Assembly: GCA_965644295.1 (NCBI GenBank)
Contig: CBFFRP010000497.1
Span: forward strand, 1-20,781
DNA: 20,781 nt
Origin: Paraphysomonas bandaiensis
Taxonomy: Eukaryota; Protista; Chrysophyceae
Reading direction: 5' to 3'
Positions 1 to 10,760 of this stretch are shown piece after piece. The notes beneath the pieces were generated by a model. The model was not told the origin of the DNA, made no database searches, and saw only the letters and a list, made by a program, of their open reading frames with translations. How positions within the stretch are numbered: position 1 is the first letter of the stretch; each line of letters opens with the position of its first letter. A program made the translations under genes and the position numbers.

Positions 1-3000
1 ACACTATCACCCACTTCAGGTAGAAGAGGTCCTTTGAAATACACAGTAAGTGTGGTGGCCGGGGTCGAGCGATGTCACGGCGATAAGGCCCAGCCCCATC
101 TGGAGCGAAACTGCCAAATATGAGGACCTGCGTTTAATGTGGCGAATCAAATTTCAGGACAGCGGACTCACCACTCTTTGAGAACTGCGCTGACATTAAA
201 CGCGGCGTGCTGGGTTCTACTTCAGAGGGCTCTACAGTGAACGACTGCCCACTTCGGAAGATTACATCATACTCCTGCTGCACTGCAAAATCCATCATAG
301 TCACCTGTAGTGTGTACAGTCCCGGCGCACAGTTGGCGACAGTGAAGTAATGTGTCTTCGACCATGAGGAACGTGTAACAGTCACAATGTCATCCAGAAA
401 GGGGGATACAGTGTACGAACCACTGCTGTTTGACACCCCAGCAGATATCCACATACCACTGCTGGATGACGGAGCTGCCGAAAGGGTTACTGAAACCATA
501 TTCCAGCCCACACTATTTTCTTGCAGAACAAACATATTCAAATCCACAAATATGCTCTTACAACAGAGAGTTTCCCAAACGACTGCATTCGAGAGCATTT
601 CTTCATACGAGGAAGCTAACAGGTGATTGTTTTGCGTGACACAATAGAGAGTGTAATTCGTGGACGGTGTTAGAGATGTTATTGTGATTGAGGCGTTAAC
701 AGAAGCATCGTCCACGAAGTCAAAATTGTTTGTAGAAATTACAGAATTTACAGAGTCCACGATTACCATAGATTCAAAGCTTGCGCAATAGACATAGCCT
801 CTGTTTGAGAGCTGAATTGAAACTGTAACGCGATCTCGATACGCAGTCCAGTCCACACGTAATATCTCAGGCAAACGTGCAACTGAAGGAGCGTCGTCGA
901 TGGAAAAATCGAATGTAGTTGTCCAGATGGCAGTGCAGTAGGTTGGACAAATGGTGGTGCTGTTGGTTCACCAAATGGCTGTCCTGTGGGTATTCGAGAT
1001 GGTTGACTTGATGACGGTAGTGTTGGAATCCGAGATGGCTGTACTATAGGTTGTTCTGATGGTAATCTAGAAGAAATTCCAGATGGTTGTCCTGTTGATT
1101 CACTTGATGGCAGTCCTGCTGGTTCACTAGATGGTTGCCCTGTTGGTACACTTGACGGCTGTCCACTAGGTTGACCAGATGGTTGTCCACTGGGTTGACC
1201 AGATGGCTGTCCAGTAGGGATCCCAGATGGTTGTCCACTAGGTTCACCAGATGGCGGTTCACTAGGTAGGCCAGATGGTTGTCCACTAGGTTGACCAGAT
1301 GGCTCACCTGTGGGTTCACTAGATGGCTGTCCAGTAGGGATCCCAGATGGCTGTCCTGTGGGTTCACAAGATGGCGGTTCACTAGGTAGGCCAGATGGTT
1401 GTCCACTAGGTTGGCATGATGGCTGCCCCGTAGGTTGCCCAGATGGCGGTCCACTAGGTTGACCAGATGGCTCACCTGTGGGTTCACTAGATGGCTGTCC
1501 AGTAGGGATCCCAGATGGTTGTCCACTAGGTTGACCAGATGGCTGTCCTGTCGGTTCACCAGATGGCGGTTCACTAGGTTGACATGATGGCTGTCCAGTA
1601 GGGATCCCAGATGGTTGTCCACTAGGTTGACATGATGGCTGTCCTGTCGGTTCGATTGATGGCTGTGCACTGGGTTGACCAGATGGCTCACCTGTGGGTT
1701 CACTAGATGGCTGTCCACTGGGTTGACCAGATGGCTGTCCAGTAGGGATCCCAGATGGCTGTCCTGTGGGTTCACAAGATGGCGGTTCACTAGGTAGGCC
1801 AGATGGTTGTCCACTAGGTTGGCATGATGGCTGCCCCGTAGGTTGCCCAGATGGCGGTCCACTAGGTTGACGAGATGGCTGTCCTGTCGGTTCACCAGAT
1901 GGCGGTTCACTAGGTTGACATGATGGCTGTCCAGTAGGGATCCCAGATGGCTGTCCTGTGGGTTCACAAGATGGCGGTTCACTAGGTAGGCCAGATGGTT
2001 GTCCACTAGGTTGGCATGATGGCTGCCCCGTAGGTTGCCCAGATGGCTGTCCACTAGGTTGACCAGATGGCTGTCCACTAGGTTGACGAGATGGCTGTCC
2101 TGTCGGTTGACCAGATGGCTCACCTGTGGGTTCACTAGATGGCTGTCCAGTAGGGATCCCAGATGGTTGTCCACTAGGTTGACCAGATGGCGGTTCACTA
2201 GGTAGGCCAGATGGTTGTCCACTAGGTTGGCATGATGGCTGTCCTGTCGGTTCGATTGATGGCTGTGCACTGGGTTGACAGCCATGGCTCGACACTGTGG
2301 GTTCACTAGATGGCTGTCCACCGGGTTGACCAGATGGCTGTCCAGTAGGGATCCCAGATGGCTGTCCTGTGGGTTCACCAGATGGCGAGTTCACTGAGGT
2401 GAGGCCAGATGGTTGTCCACTAGGTTGGCATGATGGCTGCCCCGTAGGTTGCCCAGATGGCCGGTCCACTAGGTTGACCGAGATGGCTGTCCTGTCGGTT
2501 CACCAGATGGCAGGTTCACTAGGTTGACATGATGGCTGTCCAGTAGGGATCCCAGATGGCTGCACCTGTGGGTTCACAAGATGGCGGTTCACTAGGTAGG
2601 CCAGATGGTTGTCCACTAGGTTGGCCATGATGGCTGTCCTGTTGGTTGCACCAGATGGCTCACCTGTAGGTTGACCAGATGGTTGTCCACTAGGTTGACG
2701 AGATGGCTGTCCTGTCGGTTCACCAGATGGCTCACCTGTGGGTTGGCATGATGGCTGTCCTGTCGGTTCACCAGATGGCTCACCTGCAGGTTGACCAGAT
2801 GGTTGTCCACTAGGTTGACGAGATGGCTGTCCTGTCGGTCCACCAGATGGCTCACCTGTGGGTTGACATGATGGCTGTCCAGTAGGGATCCCAGATGGTT
2901 GTCCACTAGGTTGACCAGATGGCTGTCCTCGTTGGTTCGGTAGATGGTTGTCCACTAGGTTGACCATGATGGCTGCCCCGTAGGTTGCCCAGATGGCGGT

Positions 3001-3345
3001 CCACTAGGTTGGCCAGATGGTTGTCCTGTGGGTTCACTAGATGGCTGTCCAGTAGGGATCCCAGATGGCTGTCCACTAGGTTGACCAGATGGCTGTCCAG
3101 TAGGGATCACAGATGGCTCACCTGTGGGTTGACATGATGGTTGTCCACTAGGTTCATCAGATGGCTGCCCAGTAGGGATCCCAGATGGTTGTCCACTAGG
3201 TTGACGAGATGGCTGTCCTGTCGGTTCACCAGATGGCTCACCTGTGGGTTGGCATGATGGCTGTCCAGTAGGGATCCCAGATGGTTGTCCACTAGGTTGG
3301 CCAGTAATAGATCTGTATTTCAAGTGGATACTAGAATTCGTGCTG
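1..3345 (-). CDS. Large mucin-like surface protein with PSGQ/PTGQ repeat array followed by a beta-rich ectodomain (probably of the giant REJ/PKD-like stramenopile type); partial, frameshifted in this assembly
   Basis: ORFs 2955-3323, 2500-2967, 763-2469 and 134-874 are pieces of one reading frame. Restoring one G at ~918 converts PSGQLHSIF into PSGQPTFDFSIDDAPSVARLPEILRVDW, fusing the repeat ORF to ORF 134-874. Single-base insertions at ~2461, 2479, 2511, 2625, 2648, 2929 and 2964 break an otherwise regular 12-nt period. After the stop at 134 a protein-like frame continues to the edge (ATTLTVYFKGPLLPEVGDS). The REJ-like assignment rests on my recollection of the PxLxSAQFSxxG..LxFDSP motif. 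5' exons are unresolved. Confidence 0.7.
917..3305 (-). repeat. Coding tandem repeat, 12-nt unit (Pro-Ser/Thr-x-Gln/Glu), ~200 units with higher-order blocks
   Basis: On the + strand, recurring ttgtccagatgg / ctgtccactagg type 12-mers. Lines starting 1381 and 1981 are identical over 60 nt, and 1621/2221 are nearly identical. Confidence 0.97.
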
Positions 3346-4519
3346 ATTAGTTATGGGTAGAGGTCTAACTAGTATGTCTAGCATTCAACTAGCCACTATA
3401 TTGGTACAAGTTTTTAACGCCTATTGCTAAATAATAAGACTTTCAATATATATATACTAAGGATACAGCTAACCCTAGCTGAAATAACTATCTAAAATCA
3501 TTGTTATAATTATATGTATATGTTGTGCTTATTGAAATCTAATTAGTCTTATTTTCCGTTACTCAAATTTTATATTTGTGTTACAATACCCGTATCAACT
3601 ATCAACAATACTAGTGGGAATAAAGTTTGGTGTTTACTTGTAGTCGTCTTCTCTGAGAAGGCAACGTAGCACTGTGTCAATACTTAGCACAATAAATAGA
3701 CTAACAAGTATATTAAACGATTCGAATCCGTAGAGCTTTATTATTTAATTTGTCTGTATATCTAAAGTACATTAAAAATAGCAGACTGATAATGTGTCTT
3801 ATTAAAAGACACTGTTTTCGGAAAATTTACAACATGCAAATGACAACGACATATACTTTCGTTAAAGTAGAAGATTTATGTAGAAGATATCACTCCAGGT
3901 GACCCGTAGCGTGAACCTGAATCAGCAAACGTCAGTATGAAAAATAAACACATGTGATTGCTGTGATGAATGTGTAAAAAGATATATTACAGCGTGAACA
4001 CACAATGCGTACACATTATTTAGAATAATCTTTTGTTACTATCCCAAAGATTCGGCTCTACATTCCCATTATATATACTAGGATATGAGGATTTGACTAC
4101 TTTGGTCTAATGCTATGCAAGACATGTTCTGACCACTCACCATCTTAAGGTCGCCGTCAAATATCGAATCCCCACATTGGTAGTACAGTGTCCACAGGCT
4201 CCACTGTAGTCGGAGCAGCAATTGGCACTGCAGCCAGTATACCCGGTAATTTGTTAATTATGATCAGTAAAGAAGTTTGTATTTGTTGTGTGCATGCATG
4301 CATTATCCGCAGCCACACATTTTCTAGATATTTTTCAGTTTTCTCTTAATTTGATGTCGTCTTAAGATATGTTTGGTATACAGTGTAACTACAGCGAAAG
4401 TATCCACTATAACGCGAGTACACTCTGTATATTTCCATTTGCTAGAAGTTTCTATGCAGAAGTGAGCGTACTGAAGCACTTCGTACTTACCTACAAGCAC
4501 AGTATGCATATATATCTGA

Positions 4520-4830
4520 TGTAGTATGTATACCTACACACACTGCTTAAGTACAATTGTACAGACATACACAGTAACAAAGCCCCCCTATATATACATG
4601 TATACATACATAACATACATACATATATATGCATTAGATTTCATATACACACACCATCCAACTCACTCTAATCTCATCCCAACCACACCAACACATTCAT
4701 TCCTCAAACAAATCATTCCTTCCCCTCTGATGTTATCAATTGATCACCTCCACTCTATTAATGAAGAGCAAGATGTAAGCATACATACATACACATACAC
4801 ACACCCTCTCTAACTTATGTATATATTAGT
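4520..4830 (+). repeat. (TACA/CA)n low-complexity tract upstream of, and in intron 1 of, the Ca2+-ATPase
   Basis: tatatacatgtatacatacataacatacatacatatatat at ~4589-4630; atacatacatacacatacacacac at 4781-4804. Confidence 0.8.
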
Positions 4831-7800
4831 ATACACAGAATTTAAAGGCACTTATTAAATTGGGTGGAATAAATGCTATTGCAGAAGGATTACATACTGA
4901 TTTACAACACGGTATCAGTCAATCTATAGATCAGATTGTATCACGACGACAACAGTATGGAGCTAATCAGGTATATACATACATGCATACATGCAGAGAG
5001 ATGTACTTAATAAGAGAGTAATGTATATATATAGTTTGAATCTCCATCATCTGCTTCATGGTTTGAATTATTTTATGAATCATTTGAGGATTCAACGGTA
5101 ATAGTGTTAGTTATATCTGCTGTGGTATCTCTGGCAGTTGGAATGTACGAAAGTTTAGCTACAGGATGGATTGAAGGAAGTGCAATCCTTGTTGCAGTTA
5201 TAATTGTAGCTGTCGTCACTGCAACTAATAACTATATGAAGGAGGTTTGAATTAAGTTTATAATGTGTATTGATAATTGTTTATGTAATTGTAGATTCAA
5301 TTTCGAAAGTTGAATGACGTCAAGGACGATGTGTTTGTTCCAGTTGTTCGGAATAGTGAAATATGTAATCTAAGTGTTAGAGATCTGGTGAGTCTATTGA
5401 ATTACTCTGTAAATATCTTGATGTCTTTCTAAATTTATGGTATGTATTTCAGGTGGTTGGGGATGTGGTTCGTCTAAATGCAGGAGATAAAATTCCAGCA
5501 GATGGTGTGTTGATTGACGGCAGCGATGTGTCATGCGATGAATCTGCGCTCACTGGAGAGAGTGATGCGCGATGCAAAGATCGAGAAACTATAGGAGATC
5601 CTTTTCTTATATCCGGGTCTACCCTTTTGACCGGCTGCTGTACAATGCTTGTCACTGCCGTTGGACCGAATTCAAGGTAGGAATTACGTATTTCCTTCAC
5701 TTCTCCACTGGCAGTTACTCCTTACACATATCTCCGCTAACAGTTTCACATATTAGATGGGGTAAAATTAAAGCAGCGCTAACAACAGAAAATGCTCCTA
5801 CCCCACTCCAGGAGAAGCTCACCACTCTTGCTGATCAAATTGGGTACATTGGGATGGCTGCTGCCGCAGCTACTTTTCTGGCGATGTTAGGCGTGTATTT
5901 TCTCTTTCCACAATACAGGGATCCCGATCTCAATACGTTCGAAGTTGTTCTAAAGGCGTTCATAATGGCTGTGACCATTGTTGTGGTTGCCGTTCCAGAA
6001 GGTCTACCACTGGCAGTTACTTTATCCTTAGCTTTCTCTACTCAGAAGATGATGGAGGACAATAACCTCATACGAGTGTTGGCAGCGTGTGAGACAATGG
6101 GGAGTGCAACAAATATTTGCTCTGATAAGACTGGAACTCTCACTCAGAACAAGATGACAGTCGTGGAGGCATGGATAGGCGGTATTCATCATACCACTGT
6201 ATCATCCCTTAATGATCTCAGTGATTCTATTGTCGACTTACTTTCTGAGGGTATTGCGGTCAACACTACCGCCTCGCTGATTCCTAAGGCTACTGATGAG
6301 TGGGAAGTGGTTGGAAACAAAACAGAAGGTGCACTATTGATGCTCCTGCAGCGCATCTTTGGGAAGGAGTATTTAGCTCTGCGTGCATGTGGCTTCAGGT
6401 CCGAGCGAGGGGACAAACTAATTACGTTTAACAGCCAGCGCAAGTGCATGAGCGTGATACAAAACCTCCCACGTTCTCACCGCGTGCTGTGCAAAGGGGC
6501 TGCAGAAGTTATTTTAGCAAAGTGCAACAAATATACAACCTCGATTGGGGAAGTTCAGCCTCTGACTAAGAATATTACTGCTGACGTCACTACTGCTATC
6601 ATGAAGATGACCAAAGACGCGCTTCGTGTGGTGGCTTTAGCTCATAAGGAAGTCCCATCTTCAGGGGATGGACCTTCTGATGACAACTTTGACGATTATG
6701 ACACCGACCTGATTTTGGATGCTATTTTTGGTATTAAGGACCCTCTGCGTCCTGAAGTTGTCGAGGCTGTGAGTGTGTGTCAGGAGGCCGGGATCGTTGT
6801 TCGCATGGTGACAGGAGACAACATCGAAACTGCGAAGGCTATCGCTACAGAGTGTGGTATCTTAACTCCCGGAGGGGTGGCGATGGAGGGTCCTCAGTTC
6901 CGTCGTTTGACCCCCGCACAAGTGGATGCAATTCTTCCTAACCTCCAAGTATTGGCTCGGTCGTCTCCGAATGATAAACACGTCCTGGTGTGCCGTCTCA
7001 ACGGCCATAATCTCCCACAGAGCAAGGAAGAGTGGTGCGAAGCACACCCAGGGCTTAGTTGGGAGGATGATAGAGGTTTTGTGCTTCCTGGGTATGCAGA
7101 GGAGTGGAAAGCTTCCAGAGAAGCCACCGGAGGAGTAGGGGAAGTTGTAGGAGTCACTGGTGACGGAACTAATGATGGTCCAGCCTTGAAGGCAGCAGAT
7201 GTGGGGCTTAGTATGGGACTATCTGGAACTGACGGTAATGTGTTGCTTTTCATACGACCTAATATATGCTTACATACGACGTGCTGCCAAATATTTACTG
7301 TAGTACCTTGTCCTTGTATTAATACTTTTGTATCTAGTTGCCAAAGATGCCTCCGATATTGTGATACTTGATGATAATTTTGCATCGATTGTTCGTGCGG
7401 TAGTGTGGGGTCGCTCAGTGTTTGACAATATCCGCAAGTTTTTGCAATTCCAATTGACTGTTAATGTTGTTGCTCTCACCCTTACATTCGTCTCTGCTGT
7501 GACCGGTTACTCGCCTCCACTTAACGCAGTGATGATGCTGTGGGTGAATCTCATTATGGATACTATGGGGGCACTAGCTCTCGGCACAGAACCCCCGTCG
7601 GAGTCGCTGTTGAATCGCTTGCCTTACAGACGCGATGCTTCTCTGATTAGCGTAGTTATGTGGAGGAATATCATTGTACAAAGCATATTTCAGATATCAC
7701 TTTTGGCATACCTGCTTATTGAGGGATCGAGCACCTTTGGTACTATTGAGGGATCTGTCGAACATTTCACGGTTGTTTTCAATGTCTTCGTATTTATGCA

Positions 7801-8284
7801 AATATTCAACGAAATTAATGCACGGTCAATTTCGAGCGACCCGAATGTTTTCAAGGGGCTTTTCCGTAACGTAATGTTTATTGGTATTTTCCTATTCACT
7901 GTGTTAGGACAGTATCTGCTAGTTGAGTATGGTGGTGACTTCGTGAAGACGACGCCCTTGAATCAAGATCAGTGGTTGAAGAGCGTCTTGCTTGGGGCAC
8001 TATCGATACCTGTTGGCGGTTTTATGCGGATAATTCCAGTACAGGAAAGCAAAGAAGATTTCGCTGGGGTGTCGAGAGTCATGCAACATCGCATTACTTC
8101 TCTTGCAAAGGCAGGGAGAAGGCATTCGGCGCACTCCAATAAGGACATTCGGAAGTCGACGGGCGTGTCGTTTTTATTCTGGGTAGTTGTAGCCGCTGCT
8201 GTTCCAGCTGCTGTGTGCCATCAGTTTGGCGTTTCTCTTGAAGTTATTGTAGACACCCTTGCCTTATATGGGATCAAATTTTAG
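4730..8284 (+). CDS. P-type IIB Ca2+-transporting ATPase (PMCA/ACA-type), ~1042-1045 aa, 7 exons
   Basis: Exons 4730-4774, 4830 or 4839-4970, 5035-5244, 5295-5387, 5453-5676, 5757-7234 and 7338-8284, all GT-AG and frame-consistent. Motifs: VGD..GDKIPADG, ESALTGES, VVAVPEGLPLAVTLSLAFS, ACETMGSATNICSDKTGTLT (phospho-Asp at 6124), KGAAE, MVTGDN, TGDGTNDGPALK, IRKFLQFQLTVNV, LWVNLIMDT, QIFNEINAR. Confidence 0.96.
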
Positions 8285-9989
8285 AAGTATTGATAGGTAG
8301 AATGTGAAGGATGATATCTGACTGGTGTAAACTGGTGCTAAGTAATACTATCTACTTAAAGTGTATAAGTTGACATTGGAAGTATGATACACTGTGGTAA
8401 TATGATGTAAATATTGGGTAGGATCATTTTTCAAGCCGAATATGAACTAAGCGATATGTGATTCCACCAGCTATTCTCATCGAGTTCCTCGTAGATTGTA
8501 GATATATTGACTTACTTATATGTAGATGGTTTTATTAAGCATCATAAGAATAAAAGTGGAATGATGATGACTATGACTTATGAATATTATGAAAATAATT
8601 TATTATTTCAGAATATCTTTTTGGGAAATATTATTCGACCTAGTCAAATTGGTTGACAAACCTAGACAAAATTCAGTATCCCTACATTAGCAACTTTAAG
8701 GTGGGTCCAATCCCGGACGCCTGTTTATTTGTCAATGTCCAAAGACGTTTACTACACAAGTGGCACTAATTACTGTCCATTAGTGTCCCTTGTACCACAC
8801 AAGCGTTAGGCTAGTATTGAGTGGGCAGAACGGAAGAACAATACCTGTGAACTATATATGCGGCAATCTCCGGTACTGATCCACCGGAACACCACGAAAA
8901 GGTGCGAGGCCGACTTTGTTGAGGGCACTATGATAATAAAACTTGAAAATTCTTGATAATATATCTCCTCTTCATCTCAGCAAACTCTTTCACAGCCTTA
9001 TATGGTTAAATTAAAGTATTACCAGCAACTGTTTGTATAACAATAATCATAATCGAGTAATAAACACATATTATGACAGTGTGTTATACATTCGAGGAGT
9101 ACCTGAAAAACTATGTTACGTGCACACATTATGAACGATGTGTCTACATAGCATTGGCTGGTTTGCAAGTACTCCTCAGATAAGGAGGACTCCTTTACTC
9201 TCTACTACATCTCTTCGACTGTTAATACTGTCTATATATCAGTAGATTGAATGTGATAGTATGAAAGCATGAATCTAACTGACAGGCTCTTATTGGATGT
9301 TATTTACAATGCAGAAGATCTGCCTCATGATTCTCTTCTTGTGTCTGTTTTCTATCAGCATGAGGAACAAAGCATATGAAGAAGAGCTACCAGTGTGTGT
9401 ATGTGTGTGTTATAAGGGATTGACAGGCTATAAATTGATAGTAAATGATAGTGTTATGAGTATGTTTAAGTGCAGTGGCTGCTGTCTGTTAAAGTATCAG
9501 TCCACTCCTCTATGTACTCTAACACCCACCTGTATGCCGTTACTCTATACTGGAGATATACGTACATACCATACCTCCACTGTACGTAGATATGTACGTA
9601 TATACTTGATATGCAGCAGTACATACGTACAAGTCTAGTCTGTACATAGCATACAGCAGCTGCAGCAGTACATATGTGATACGTGATGTGTACATACTGC
9701 TGTACAAATTCCTCGATAGATATCCCCATACATACGGTTTTACCTATAGAAAGATGTATTTTCTATAACCAAAATCCCTAATATCCATAAAAAATTGGAA
9801 AAATGACGTATCTAGGAGCTACGGATGCGGAAAACACAATATCTGGCTGCAATAGATACTACGTAGATTGCGCAGTCAAGGCTACTCTGTACGTTTCATG
9901 TTGTCTTGAGTTCATTATTATGCTACTTAGAATGCATTCTCCTCACCTTCGTGTATTGGTGTTAGCCTAATGAAGGTAAGCGAATCACT

Positions 9990-10280
9990 GTATATATAGT
10001 GTCGTATGTAAAGTGTCATATGAAGCTCTATATGTATAGTCATGTATAGTGTCGTATGCATACTTTCGCATACGCGAATTGTACTATATGTAAAGTGTCA
10101 TATGTATATAGTCATACGTGAAGTGTCATATGTATAGTCATACGTGAAGTGTCATATGTAGAGTGTCATATGTATAGTCATACGTGAAGTGTCATATGTA
10201 GAGTGTTGTATGTGAAGTGCCGTATGTAAAGTGTGAAGTGTCCTATATATAAGCATATACGTAAAGTGTCATATATATAT
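9990..10280. repeat. Degenerate minisatellite, 12-14 bp core (AGTGTCATATGTA / AGTCATACGTGA) with 26- and 40-bp higher-order units
   Basis: gtgaagtgtcatatgta(tagtcatac) recurs across 10094-10200 and degenerates on both flanks. Confidence 0.9.
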
Positions 10281-10294
10281 GACCCACATCGTTC

Positions 10295-10760
10295 ACATGT
10301 CACATACATACATACACACACATACATACACACCTATATATACATATATACATACATACATACATATCGTATGAACCCTCATATATATACCTCTACACAT
10401 ATGATACACATCCTTCTATTCATACTGCACATATCCCTCTCAATAAGTCAAGATTATGATGAGGATGAAACTGTTAACAAGCGACAGACTATACTCGATA
10501 TAGAGACCTGTGAGACACACACATACATATACACACACATACACATATATAGAGAGTATATTCATGCATACATACCTAGAGCACATGTACACGTATATAT
10601 ACATATATCGAGAGCATATATACATATATATACATACACATAGTCATGTATACATAGTCATGTCTATATAGCGTATATAGCGTATACATGCATTTACATC
10701 CATATGCTATGCACATACTATACCATATCTATTCCATCTACTATATATATATACGTATCT
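10295..10760 (+). repeat. (TACA/TA/CA)n tracts flanking exon 1 of the dioxygenase gene (upstream region and intron 1)
   Basis: catacatacatacacacacatacataca at 10303-10365 and a similar tract at 10515-10760. Confidence 0.85.

Noticed and set aside
1044-2378. 444-aa overlapping ORF (NLVDSHLV repeats), plus ORFs 2616-2906 and 3107-3292
   Set aside because: Shadow frame of the 12-nt repeat: the units contain no stop in that frame, and it ends as soon as the repeat diverges.
900-2970. Frameshifts as programmed frameshifting or pseudogenisation
   Set aside because: Mostly scattered single-base insertions clustered in the repeat and near the window start, typical of unpolished long-read consensus; no slippery site. 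A pseudogene cannot be fully excluded without reads.
917-3305. Repeat array as CRISPR-like, telomeric or satellite DNA
   Set aside because: No unique spacers; period is a multiple of 3 and continues in frame into non-repetitive protein sequence.
3640-3815. Small palindromes and hairpins (CTTCTC-T-GAGAAG, GATTCGAATC, GTGTCTT-ATTA-AAGACAC); also CAGCAGTA..TACTGCTG at ~9663-9702
   Set aside because: Short stems expected by chance; no TIR/TSD structure indicating a MITE, and no tRNA or snoRNA box pattern.
6189-7899. Antisense and alternative-frame ORFs over the Ca2+-ATPase (and similar ones over ACAD, QOR and enolase-like)
   Set aside because: Short, motif-free shadows of real coding exons.
9297-9729. 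ORFs 9297-9638 (+) and 9466-9729 (-)
   Set aside because: Low-complexity-derived, no recognisable motifs; not supportable as CDS.
9990-10280. Minisatellite as a CRISPR array
   Set aside because: Units are contiguous and degenerate with no unique spacers; eukaryotic context; no cas genes.
10233-10643. Tyr/Ile/His/Thr-rich ORFs (also 4526-4813, 16350-16677 and the N-terminal parts of 15994-16578 and 20077-20754)
   Set aside because: Translations of (TACA)n tracts; only the embedded true first exons are coding.
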